Shown here piece by piece: positions 1-12,100 of a DNA stretch of 64,000 bases (position 1 is its first letter; each line of letters starts with the position of its first letter). Under the pieces are notes generated by a model that made no database searches, was not told the origin of the DNA, and saw only the letters and a list, made by a program, of their open reading frames with translations. Made by a program: the position numbers and the translations under genes. The stretch is from Rhodosorus marinus CCMP1338 (Eukaryota; Plantae; Rhodophyta): assembly GCA_029953675.1 (NCBI GenBank), contig JAMWBK010000013.1, positions 930,001 through 994,000 on the forward strand. Direction: 5' to 3'.

Positions 1-1120
1 CGCTGAGGACATGCTGAGCTTCATAAGCAACTTCTGCATCACTGTCCAATCGAAGCCGCTGCAGAAGGCTTATAGCCTGGAGACACCGTGAAGACTTCAG
101 CACAACGAAACGGACAAGGGCTAATGCTTAAAAGAAATACTCCAATACTCACCCCATTGGAAGGCAGCCGCAACTCTCGCAGACTCCTCACAAGCCCAAG
201 CCTCAATTCGGCAGACGGATGATTTGTAAGTTTGTCCAGCAGCAACCTTGTTCCGGATCCTTCAGACTCGTTAAGCCAGAAGAGCCACGTGAGAGCGTAT
301 TCCACATCCTCGAAATCAACCAGTTCGCATTTTGAGTTTTCGTAAACCACCGGGCTCACGTCCAACAAGCCATCGACGCTGTTCACGTACTCCATCCACT
401 CATTCGCAACGTCCTTGGACTCCATTCCAATTCTCTCCTGCAACTTTGGGATCACGAAACGAAGAATAGCACAGTAAGTCTCCTTGGCACGACACGTTTA
501 CACTCAAGCATCAAATACCTTTGCCTCGTCATGCTTCTCTCTAGACATCAGCGTCGTCAACGTGGAAACTATAGTCCATATACCAAGGACTGCGCCAGCG
601 AAAAGCTGGCAGAAGTGAGAGCTGAAAGTCAACTGGACTTGCGTCATAAAGCAGGAGCAGCAATACAAGGATGTCCACAACTCATAAATAACAGATGAGA
701 CAGAGGCATCCGCAATTGCACGAAGACCGATCGTGTTCAGCCTGTCATGACAGAAGAGACACAAGAAGCAGAACAAAAACACGCACGGGCACCAAACATT
801 AGCACACCGATTCTCAAAGAAAACATATCCCAACTGGCGATTCTCATCAAAAAAAAACAAACAAGGAGCACACCGACATACTTGTTCCCATCAACGGATA
901 TTTGCATAAGCTTCTCCCTCGACTCAGGAACAATTTCACTCAGCTGAATCGTCCTCAATTTCTCCAGTACACTCGCCTGAACCACAACCCTCCTCCCTCG
1001 CACATGCGACCTGGCTACTGGCAGATCCGCAAACCTACTCACACCCGCTCTCCTCGACACCGAGAAACAACCAGCCCCTGCACCCGCCCCATTCACGAAG
1101 CCCAACCTCCCTCCCTCCAT
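1..1120 (-). CDS. Putative plastid-targeted hypothetical protein, multi-exon, 3' end outside the window
   Basis: ATG at 1120 gives MEGGRLGFVNGAG... with a transit-peptide-like S/R/A-rich leader. In-frame exons in ORFs 737-1141, 504-860 and 39-455 are joined by GT-AG introns (for example GNK|gtatgt, EAK|gtattt). No family recognised. Confidence 0.6.
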
Positions 1121-1263
1121 CACTGCACCCCCTCCCCCCAAATAAAAAAAAAAGACCTTTCAAACCTCCCTACCAACAAGTCCTGATTAACCAGTCAACC
1201 CTACTCCTCCCCCGTCACATCCCCCCGCCCACCTCCCTACCAACCCTAACACCACCAAATCCT

Positions 1264-1287
1264 CACACACACACACACACACACACA
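1264..1287. repeat. (CA)12 microsatellite
   Basis: Read directly from the sequence. Confidence 0.95.
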
Positions 1288-3249
1288 AAACTCACAAAAA
1301 AAAAATTTTCAAATCTATCCACCAGGCTCTATCTCCTTCCTCACTCGCTTCCCCTCAACTCTACTTCTTCCTTCCCTCCCTCCGCTTCTCCTCCCTACAC
1401 AAACAAACCTTCCCCAAAAGCCCTTTTGACGAAACCCTTCACTTTCCCCCAACATGTCATCATAAAAAAGAAACCAGTCGCCTCCCCCCCCTTTCACACT
1501 CTCTCCTTTTTAAAAATTTTGCTTTTCAATTGTAAAAAAAAATACTCCCAAAAAACTTTACCCCAAGTCCATGATCATTCCTGAGGAAATCCTCACGAAA
1601 ACAAAAACAAAAAACCCTCATTTAGAATAGAAACCAAACCCCAAATCACTCCCCCCCCCCCCCGCCCCCGCACCTCTCAAGAAAACTAACTAGAAGACTA
1701 GTGGCCAAAAAGCTTTTCATCTATAATAAATAAAAATATCCCCAAACTGATCATTTTAATATCAATTACAGATATTGTATTTCATATGGTTAATATATTT
1801 AATCCACTCCAGGCGTGATTCGCGTATTCGGTTGTTTATTGGTTAACATTATACTGAATTAACCAATCTAAAAGCTCCATCTCTCAAAATTTTGGTATTT
1901 AGTTGACGGATCAAATCGTTGGAGGGGGGAGTGAGGATGGATTCCCATCCCCTGGGTATTAACTTATGCAATGAGTTTGAGATCTAATGCTGTGGTAATT
2001 TTTTTAAGGTGTGTTTGAGATGCGGACAAGAAGGGGGGGGGGGGGAGATATGTTGGTGGTAAATTTTAGTGAATGGAGAGGATATTGTAAAATTTATAAA
2101 TTTAAAGGGGAGGAAAGCGTCTTCAGTAGCATATGCTTGCGAAACGAGGAAACGAGGGTTGACGGATGAGGTGGTAGCGTTATCACGATGTGGTTACGTT
2201 AGTCTGGGTTACTTTTTTTGTGGATAAAAACAAACCAAGTCGTATTTTATTTGTTTATACATATAGACTTGAATTCCGAGTTATTACATAACCCCCACTC
2301 GATGTTTTTATCCAAAGGGATCAGTCGTGGTGATGATGGTGATGGGAGGAGAATCAATGGTATACATATCCAAGCAGTTTCATGTCAACTCACAAGAGAT
2401 TACAGTTAAAAGTAAATTCTTGGTGTATTAATTGGCTAATTGGGAAATAATATCTTCTGAATTGAGCAATTCTTCCACTAATCAAAAAGTAGATGGAGTT
2501 GAAAAACCTCTCGTCCATTTTCTGAAGAATACCTCTATATATCCCGCTAGAAAGCGACATCCATCAAACCCCCCGGTATCTTCAAAATCGATCCCTCCCT
2601 TTTAATTTCGTAATTTATAGAAGCATTTCTACCCTTCCGCAAGAAGGCTGATGGGTATTTTGAATCCTGAAAGAGGTGTCAATATTTTCGATAATTTGCC
2701 TTGGGAGAGAAAATATCTCCCAGAGGTGCTCAAATAGGATTTTGAGAAACAACTTTCCCATTTTTTTAGGTCGTTTCGAAGGATTCCACCAATGTCCGAT
2801 CTTGTAATGAAACAAAATGGAATCCAACCCCGCGTGGGGAGCATGGATGGAGTCTTGTAACCCTAGAGACTGTGGTGGGGAAGCCGTTGCATATTGTTTT
2901 TTTATTGGAAACAGTATATGCTTTAGGTTTTGTTAACTGTGAGTTGAAAAAGGGAATGTGAGCGTTGTTGACGCGAGAGGGGCGTCTAGCAGTACACCGT
3001 TTTCGGGGTCTTGTGGAATTATTATTATTTGTTTTCATTTTTGAAGACGTAGGGTTTTGCAGATTTGTTTTTACCCCCCCTCCCCCCTTTCCACGCCCTA
3101 TTCCTCTTTTTTAGTTTTTTTCAGTTTGGATTGGACGGCATCTATTGGATTGTTCGACAATTGTCGCCTTGCGGTTGGCGTCGGTAAGACGCCTTGCCCT
3201 GCTACCGTTGCGGGTCGGGTGGGGATGTAAGGGGGGGGGGGCGGCCCTG

Positions 3250-3790
3250 GGAAGATGCTTGGACGTGTTTTTTAACGCGTGCTCGCGGCAGTTTGACAAT
3301 CGCGTTCCGCGTGTTGACTTATCGACGGGTTTCTGATCAATTCCCGCTTTAGCTCGGTACTTTGTCGGAATCCATGGTGGATTCGCGCAAAGCGCATCGA
3401 TTGATGGGCCATAGTTTGATGAACAATCGTTCATCCATCGATGTGCTTGCGGTGCATGCGATTAAACGCCCTTCGGGAGAGCCCGCGATGGCTTCGGATG
3501 CACCGGGATGTGGACGTGTCCAAAGATGTTTGGGTTGTTTTCCACACGAGCCGGCGTCAGTTTGACAATCGCGTTTCGCGCGTTGACTCCTCGACCGGTG
3601 TCTAATCAACACCCGGCGTTACTCTGTGGGAATGTACTGTGAATTGCTCTTCAATCGTTGGCGGGGTTGCGATCAGGCCCTGACTGCTACGGACGCGCAA
3701 TGACGTGGTCGTGTGCAGAGATGGTTGGATACTGGTCTGCGTGCTTGCGTCAGTTTGAAATCGCCTTTCGCATATTGACCCCTGTGTTCT
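3250..3790. repeat. Three degenerate direct repeats with core CAGTTTGA(C)AATCGC
   Basis: Cores start at 3289, 3558 and 3751. Copies 1 and 2 align over about 110 bp at roughly 75% identity. Confidence 0.8.
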
Positions 3791-4044
3791 CACGTGGTGG
3801 GCGCCCATTGTTGGCCACAGTATCGGGGCTAGTAGATATCGCGAGTCATCGCCCCGGTACCCCCCTTTTTGCTGGTAAAAGGATTGCCTCCTTTCACTGA
3901 GCAGAGCGGGATTGCTAAAGGGTCACACTGCAGCACAACCCAGCTATCACCGCGTTTTGCCTTTCTCCGCAACTCCCCATAAGACCAGCCCGTCGAGCAA
4001 CAAGCACGCACTCAACAACCTCAGGCAGAGTTCCTTTATTATAC

Positions 4045-4089
4045 TAGTCAACACTAGGATAGTCAACACTAGGATAGTCCACACTATGG
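4045..4089. repeat. 15-bp tandem repeat x3 (TAGTCAACACTAGGA)
   Basis: Two exact copies plus one variant copy. Confidence 0.9.
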
Positions 4090-4519
4090 TTGTGTGGCAT
4101 CACGGCGATGGCTCTGTGGAACTTTTGAGTATTCTTCCCCCCCGCGCGCCCCGATCAGAGTAAACCAGGTGTTTGTAGCCTTGGTTGTAGGCCGCTAGTT
4201 TCGGTCTTCGTAGCTACGGTATTCATCGGCTACGAATGAGGTAACAAGCCCCGCCATTAGCGTCCTAACTCCAGCCCGTGGCTGTTCTCCTAAGCGTGTC
4301 CTGTCAGAACGGGACATCTCCTCCCACGAACTGAAAGACTTCCCTGTCGAAGACGAAACCGCTTTGTGAAGGTTCGCGTCATCATTCCCTATTTTCAGCT
4401 TAGTATTCCCGGTTTGTTGCAGATAGGGTAGCCGTCGCCTGGTCATCAGTCATCTCGCCTTCCATGTAGACTAAGTCAGGGCGGGGGGGAAGGGGGAGGA
4501 TTCCACTTTATGTGGTGCC

Positions 4520-5235
4520 CTTTGAAAAGTTTACACTTTTTACACTTTTTACACCGTTTACATTAAATCTAAGGTCGACTGATCCTAGAATACCGCATTT
4601 GCGTTTAGACGTTATCCATAATATTCCAAAAACAGGTTCAGAACCAATGAGATATTCAGGGGTTTCAAAAGCTAGGGAACTTAATGCAGTTTGTCAAGGG
4701 TCATTGTCCTCATTTAACCCCAGTTCTCAAGGCTCTATATATATGCTATTTGCCGGCTGCGGGAGAGCGCCATGAATTTTCCACTGCCAGTATGAGACCT
4801 CGCAAAGAGTTGGAATAAGCGGCGGCTTTGTCTTCCCCAGGCATTCGTGATTCGGCTCTACTCAATGACCGGAGGTACCGGTCATTGAGTGCATTGGGTT
4901 TATGGATTCCGTTGGTTCTCGATGGCTTCGGGAATTGTTCCGCGAACGCCGTGAACGTCTGTCCTCGTTGTTTACCCGCTTAACTTTCTTGCTGTGGCGT
5001 CTGAACGCTGCTTTGATGTTGGAGGCGCGCGATCTTCGCTTAGTCTGCATTTTTCCCCTCGCGGTTTTTTCTTTCAGTCTCCGATTGCACAAGTTCGTTC
5101 ATAGACACAGTGGTTTCTGAGCTTTTCTTAAAGCATTTTGCACAGTTTATATAGCGTTTTACACCTTTTACACATTTTTACCCTCAAAGTTTTCTACGTG
5201 GTACCCCTGCCAGGTGGGATTGCACACCCCCTCGG
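4520..5235. mobile_element. Decayed dispersed element, copy A (homologous to 38790-39060 in inverted orientation)
   Basis: 4637-4742 and 5107-5235 align to the reverse complement of 39060-38951 and 38950-38790. Frameshifts and stops are present. No transposase motif recognised, so the mobile-element label is an inference. Confidence 0.5.
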
Positions 5236-6179
5236 CTAAGTATTGGTTCAAGTTGTGTAGACTCAGGCCATGCCTCAGACCGATTTAACCTCATGTGTTC
5301 GTGTAATCGCGAAGGGAAGTCCGTTGTAACGTGCGTAGGTGGGAATTTGCCACTGATGAATGTACAGTGGGTGCACGTAGAGTTGCGGATCTAGTGATTG
5401 AGTATGCCAGCGGGCTCAGGAACACGTATGTGGACTTGACGCTCCCTTATCCCCTTGCGACTCGGTACCTACCTGCAGCTTCCAGTCAGGCGCCTCTGCG
5501 AATGCTACGTGGAGGCATATAGAGTCCGTGTATGCGGAGGCGCTTACCAACGCTGAGGCTTTGCAGTCTGCGCTTGCCCGTCGATTAGTCATGTCAGTGA
5601 TATAGAGGTCTTCGGATTCTTAGATAGCGCTGCGAGTGCTTGGTTGCGCGGATTGTTACCGTTACCGCCCTGATGCTCTTTCCTGAGCGTACATTTCTTT
5701 GAGTCTGATTCTCTGGCGCTGTAATGATGCCTTAGTTTGGATGCACGCTTCCTACCTCCTTCCTAGGATACTTCATTCGAGGACCTTGGCGGGCTTTCGC
5801 CTCCTATCAAACCGATGACGATATCGAAAATATGACCCCCCATCATAGTACCAAATGCGTACTATTATTTACTATACTACTACAAACGTCTCATTGTCCG
5901 ACAGCTTTATGAAAGACAAGTATCGTCTGTCATGGAGAGACAGGCGACGCTTTATTAAGAAGAGTATATAAGGAGAGTTGCGGGCAATTGATGAGGAAGT
6001 CGTTTGTGGGGAAGGAGAGAGAGAGATAAGACTGTAGTTGGTTTGGTGCAGTTAGGTCTTTGTGAAAATTGGTTTGGTAGCAGGGTTTTGAGTTTTTGCT
6101 GAGGGGCGATTAACGAGACAATCGTGTCTCTGGCTGTCCAAGGGGCGCTAGAAGGGAGCTGCTAGCGTTTCTGTGAAGA

Positions 6180-8955
6180 ATGGGGAAGGACGGTGGGGAA
6201 GCGAATGGGGTTGATGGAGGAGGAGACGTGTCGCTCTCCGTTGAGGAGTCGAATCGTCTGCGAGCAAAGCTTGGGCTACCTCCGTTAAGAGAAGAGAAAG
6301 GAAAAGATTCTAGGACGAGGGACGAGGGCCGAAGTGAAGAGAAAAAATTGGCTGCGAACAAGTTAAAGGAGAGAATCGATGGAGTCAAAGAGCGCAGGAA
6401 GCTTACCGAGTCCGTTTTCGGAACAAGCACTTTGGGCGTGGAGGAAGATGATGAGAAGGAGGCTGATGCTCAAAGCTGGGTTGAGAGGACAAGGATCGCC
6501 GAGGAACGTCGGAAGGAGAAAATCAAGCAGGCGCGTGAAAAGAAGGTGGCAACTTCCAAGCGCCTAAAGAGGTCGTCTGGAAAAGAGCTTGCCGGCGTTC
6601 AGGTAAGTGGAGATGGCGTATAATCGAAAAACTATGAGATTGTTTTAACGTGTGTATTTTCTTGCATGTCTGCACAACGGTTTAGATCAAACACTCTCTT
6701 GGGACCCTCGGCGATGAACCGATCATTCTCACCTTGGCGGACAAGTCCATCCTTGACGAAAATCAGGAAGGAATCAATGCAGAGGAGGACGAGCTTGAGA
6801 ACGTTCTCCTACGCGAGGCCGAGAAGGCAAAGAAGAACGCTGAGCTGAAGAAGAAGGACTTCAGGAAACAGTACGACCCGGGAGCAGAGGGAGACGATGG
6901 GGTGAGTTTGGATTCGTACAGGCTCATCTCTGGAGAGGGATACTCCGCTGGAGCAGTGACTGAGCTGACTTTTATCGTTGTTTCTCATCTTCTCAGACCA
7001 TGCTTGCAAAATACGATGAGGAAATGGAGGATACTGTTCGAATTGGAGATGGAGGGATAATTGAAGATGAGAAATCTGAGGAGCAAAGACGTTTGGAAGT
7101 TAGAAAGCGTTTGCTACTGGCCAAAGAAGTGAGTACTGCGATTAGAAAACCGCTTGTGTGAGAGGCGCGTTCGCTCACTGAACTGTTTGCACTTTAGAAA
7201 ATTGGAGCTGACGATGATGGCGAGCCGAAAATCCAAAGCGACTATATGACCGTGGAGGAGGCATCCAAATTTAAGTCCAGTAAACGGAAGAAGAAACGGA
7301 GGAAGGAGAAAAAGTTGAGGCATACCAACGCCGAGGAAGATCTTCTGGATGAGTTGGAGAATGAGGGTACCACGACAACCGCTGATGATAGACAAAGAAG
7401 TAAGTTCGCGGAGCTCTCAACGTACGGCCAGCCTGGGCTGATGCGATTCACTATTTAACCTGAATTGTGAAATTCTTTGCTCGGCAGGCTTGCTAACGGC
7501 GGAACAGAGGAAGGCAAAGCTAGACGCGATCCGTCGTGAAGAGATGAAGAAACGCCAAGACGCCGAAGCAATTGAGGACGATGATCTTGAGCTCCGTGAA
7601 ACCCTGGCTAGAGCAAGAAGGGTAAGTTGGTTGGCATGGCGCAAAGTCGCTCGCGACACTTCACAAACCCCCCACGTCCCTCATCGCCTCGCGTGTGCTG
7701 ACCTCAATATATTCCTTGTAATGCGCAACTACAGGCTATGAATCAGGTCAAAGGCGAAGCAGGTCTTCTCAAGCTTCAGGAGGACATTAAGAACAATCGG
7801 AAGGACGACGAGGAACAGATGCAGGTAGAATCCTCAGGTAACGTATAGATCACGCACCGAACCTGTAGGAACTTGGCTCTAGATATCTTCCGTTCTGACG
7901 GGCATTCCTTCGTACTCACGCAGGTATCGTCTTGGACGAGACATCAGAGTTTGTTCGTAACATCCGCAAGCCCGACGAGGGAGAGGATCTTGTGCCAGAC
8001 CCCGATCTAGAGTTTGATAGACTCCAAAACACTCGCCCAGCCGTAAGGTTTACCACGGCACCACACAACTTTTCAGGGGCAAATTTTCTCATTGGCTGCT
8101 CCATTTCTCTCACCTTCGTTGCTTCAAGGACTATATGGATGAGAACGCGGTTGGGGAGGGAGCTGAGAATTCCGACGGGGACGCCGAAATGGGCGACGTG
8201 GATGGCAAGCACCCGGAGGAGAATGATGACGAGGGACCTTCAGATATAGGTCAGGCAAAAGGCATGGCCGCGGCTTTGGAGCATTTCCGGATGGTCGGCG
8301 ATTTGCGGAATACAACCGATCAAGTTGGAAGGGCCAAGGATGAGCGATTGGCCAAGGAATTGATTGAGAACGCCGGACCGCGAAAGGATGTTCAGGTAGT
8401 TGGAGCTCATTGCTGGGCGCTTTGGTTTATGCCTGATACCGAATGCTGATGGTTTTCACTCGTCTGGTGCAGGTGAAGCTGGAATACATTGACGAATTCG
8501 GTCGAGAGATGACCCAACGAGAAGCCTTTAGGAGGCTTTGCTATGTATTCCACGGAAAAGGTCCCTCGAGAAGAAAACAGGAGAAACTTCTAAGGCAGTA
8601 TGTAGAGGAGCAGAAGAACAAGAAGAAGGGTACAGGTACGGACCCAAGTAACCGCGAAGTTACTGGCTGTTGTTGTTTGCGCTGTTGATTATCAATTGCG
8701 AGCTCATGCTCTCCAAATTTTTTTCTTTCACCAGGTCCTGACACACCATTAGAATCCGTTAAAGCGTTGAAAAAGGAAACCCAAAGCTCCGGTCAGGCCC
8801 ATGTGGTAAGTTCGATGAACTCTTAAACGCAAAAATGAAATGAGCAATGGGAACTCATTGCTGCCCTCGCTTTACAGGTTTTGTCCGGTGCCTCCGCGAT
8901 ATCTCAGGCGCCATCAAGCTCTAATCGGCCAACCAAGTTGTCAAAAGGTGACTAG
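6180..8955 (+). CDS. SART1: U4/U6.U5 tri-snRNP-associated protein 1 (SART1/Snu66), multi-exon
   Basis: N-terminal HIND-like SLSVEESNRLRAKLGLPPL; C-terminal VKLEYIDEFGREMTQREAFRRLCYVFHGKGPSRRKQEK; ends QAHV|VLSG...GD* at 8955. Confidence 0.93.
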
Positions 8956-8980
8956 ACATAGCGACGCCTTCTGCAGGGAT

Positions 8981-9168
8981 GGGAGGATCGCTTTGGGCAG
9001 CGTCCGAGACGAAGTAAATAGTTCGATTTTAGTGCCTAACCTTATATACAATTAAGACCCTAGGTTTTCTTTCCATCCGGGAGGATCACTTTGGGCAGCG
9101 TCCGAGACGAAGTAAATAGTTCGATTTTAGTGCATAACCTTACACACAATTAAGACCCTAGGTTTTCT
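8981..9168. repeat. Tandem duplication of a 90-bp unit (period 98) between convergent SART1 and SKI2
   Basis: 8981-9070 versus 9079-9168, 4 mismatches. Confidence 0.95.
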
Positions 9169-9170
9169 GT

Positions 9171-12100
9171 CTAGGAAAGGTACAAGCTGGCCGCAAAAAT
9201 AATATCTCGTTTCACCAGAGTCATCGCTTCCTCCATCTTGTGGAAGAGTGATATGTCCCCAATAACACCGGCTGCGTTCCTTGTCTCGCGAAGGAGCTCA
9301 CTCAGCCTAACGACGCACCGCACAATCGAGCCCTCGGGAATGTCAATCGCGTACTCGAGAATTTGGTTGAAGTCCTCACCCCGAGCCCAGTGCAGAACGA
9401 GATTGCTAAGTGACCACCGAATATTGTGTCTCGCATATTCAAGAGCGGAAATCGGCAGGCCGGACTCATCCTGTACCACGGCCAATGCGGTAACGATCTT
9501 GTCTGTAACCTGCTGCGCTGCGAGAAGTTCTTCCGGGATAACCTCCTCTTCCATCTTATCCTGACAGACGAGGGCCGTTAGCAGCGCCGCGCATGCGTCC
9601 GGCTCAAGCTCTTTCAGCACGTTCTCAAAAATCAGCTCCGTCAAAATCAGGGAATCGCACGTGTTCACTTCGCAGGCGCTGCGACCTTTAAGCTGCACGA
9701 CGTTGTCTTCACTGACGTAGTTGAGACGCTTGAGCACATCGATTCTCTTCAAGCTATCGTTTCTAAGCTGCAGACTCTCGTCGCTAGATGCCCACCGTAG
9801 GCGCTCAAGACGAAACTCGAGTTGTCGCATTCGATGCAAAGAGTCCATCGCCTCACCGAGCCGCGGAGAATCGACCATCGGATGCGTAGACAGGTTAGCG
9901 AGAAGATTGGAGCTTCTCTCCCAAGCTTTATACACCTCCATGTCCATGATTTTCAGATCCTTGCGGGGATCGACGGTGTTCAACAGGTTGACTTCTTCGC
10001 TGTCCTGAGCTAGTTTCCTCATCTGCTCCAGCGCGGACGATATTGCGTACGCGTCTGGCGATCCCCGCAAGGGTACGAGCTTCTCGCGGTCCAGTTTCAG
10101 GCTGACGTTGAGAACGGACAGAATTTCTCGAGGTTGCACGTCACGTATCTCGTAGAAAATCTGTCCCAAGCGCTGCACATTTCTCCCCAGCGCTTTTTCT
10201 TTATGCAGGATCTCGCTCTGGTAGAAAAACTTGGATGATCCAGGACTCTGCAGAAGGTTCAACGACCTCACGCTTGTTTTCTTTTCGCCCGAAAGGCCCT
10301 GAGGTGAAGTATTGACCACCTTCAATACGACGCCAAGAGCCATTCCCCGATCACTCCTTTCGAGGACGATGACCTTGCCGAAGAAAACACTTGACCCGGA
10401 GCTCGCGGAGAACATCGCTTCTGATAACGATGTATTGATGGTCTTAAGTTCCTCTAGGGTTTCGAAGTAGTCCTCGAAGCGCGACAGGAACGAGATATTC
10501 GACCTAAGTTGGTCGAGAACCTGCGTACCTCTCTCAATCAGACGCTTAATCTTCTTGGTCTCGCGCTTTGCTGGAGCCTCAGCAAAAGATCGACGGATCA
10601 TATCCTCAATACGCAGATCCTCAATCCGCAACAGGTTGAGAACCATGTTGTAGGTCAGCCTGAACTGCGAAACCAACTCATTGGCACGACCGCAGAGAAT
10701 GTTCTTCACCTCCATCTCCGACGGTATTGATCCGCTCGCAAAGTACAGCAAAACATTGCCGATTTTATCGAGGCCTCGACGTCCAGCTCTACCAGCCATC
10801 TGCGTATACTCTCCGGCCTGCAGGAACCTGAAACTCCTACCGTCATGCTTCCGAAGTGCAGAAAAGACAACTGTCCTCGCAGGCATGTTGACTCCCATTG
10901 CAAACGTCTCTGTTGCAAAGAGGATCTTCACAATGCCCTTCTGGAAGAGGATCTCCACGACCTTTTGAGCAAAAGACAGGGTTCAATCCTTTCGAGTCAA
11001 TTTTCGAGTTCAGCAGAGGTAGAACGAAACTAGCCGAGCACAAAAGCGTGATGAGCTGCAGAGCACACCTCTTTTACAATTGGGAGCAAGCCCGCGTGGT
11101 GGACGCCGATGCCACGCTTGAGCATGTCTCTGACCCTCAGGATCTGCGGCAGTTCTCGGTCTGGATTGTTCAGCTGGGCGAGGGCTTTCTCAAAGAGCAT
11201 ATGAACCTGAGCCTTTTGAGCACTGCCCTCGCTGAGGTCTGTTTTTCCGAGGTTGTATGCTGCTTCCTCGCATCTGCTCTTGGAGAAGCAGAAGATTACC
11301 GCCGGGCACTGGTTCTGTTTCTCCAGATACTTCACGAGCGCTCCCCAAGCATGCCGCGGCCTACCTCTCTGTACATGACAAGGCACAGTTTGAATTTAGG
11401 GACTGGTCTTCGGTAGCATCGCGATTAAAATCACAGCCGGAGATGGATCTTACCAGGTTACTCTGTCCCTCGGCATCAGCTTTGACGGCATCGTTGAAGT
11501 TTTTAGACAGCCACCTCTTCGAGGAGTCAAGTACTAATGTCGTGCCCTTCTTCACAAACAACGAATGCTCCAGAGGAACCGGCCTCTTCAGAGTAGAGAT
11601 CACGTAGACCTTGGATTGTCGAGAGCTTCCCACCCATTCCGCAAACTCAATAGCATTCGGAACCTTTGCAGAGCCAAGAAACATGCCGAGGAACCCGTTA
11701 GTGTGTCATTTAGGAGCAGAGCTTTTTTCTAAAGGAGATGGCTACCGTGGCGCTTAGCATGACAATCCGAACATGCTCAGGAAGCATGATGATAACTTCC
11801 TCCCATACGACGCCTCGCTCGAGGTCATTGACGTAGTGAACTTCATCAAAAATCACCCACTCGATGTCCCGAATGAGGTCAGCGCCCTTGTACAACATCG
11901 AACGAAGAATTTCGGTGGTCATCACCAAACAAGCCGCTTCCTGCTTGTAACTGACGTCGCCTGTTACGATGCCGACGTCTCCAAACGTATCCGAAAAGTC
12001 ACGAAATTTTTGGTTGGAAAGGCTCTTTATAGGCGACGTGTAGATAACTCTTGTGCGGTTTCTCTCAGACAGCGCGATCGCATACTCCGCAACGACAGTC

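Noticed and set aside
4651-4745. Reading LGNLMQFVKGHCPHLTPVLKALY resembling a retroelement RT connection region
   Set aside because: It is not conserved in that frame in copy B, it is preceded by a stop, and no RT core or integrase lies nearby.
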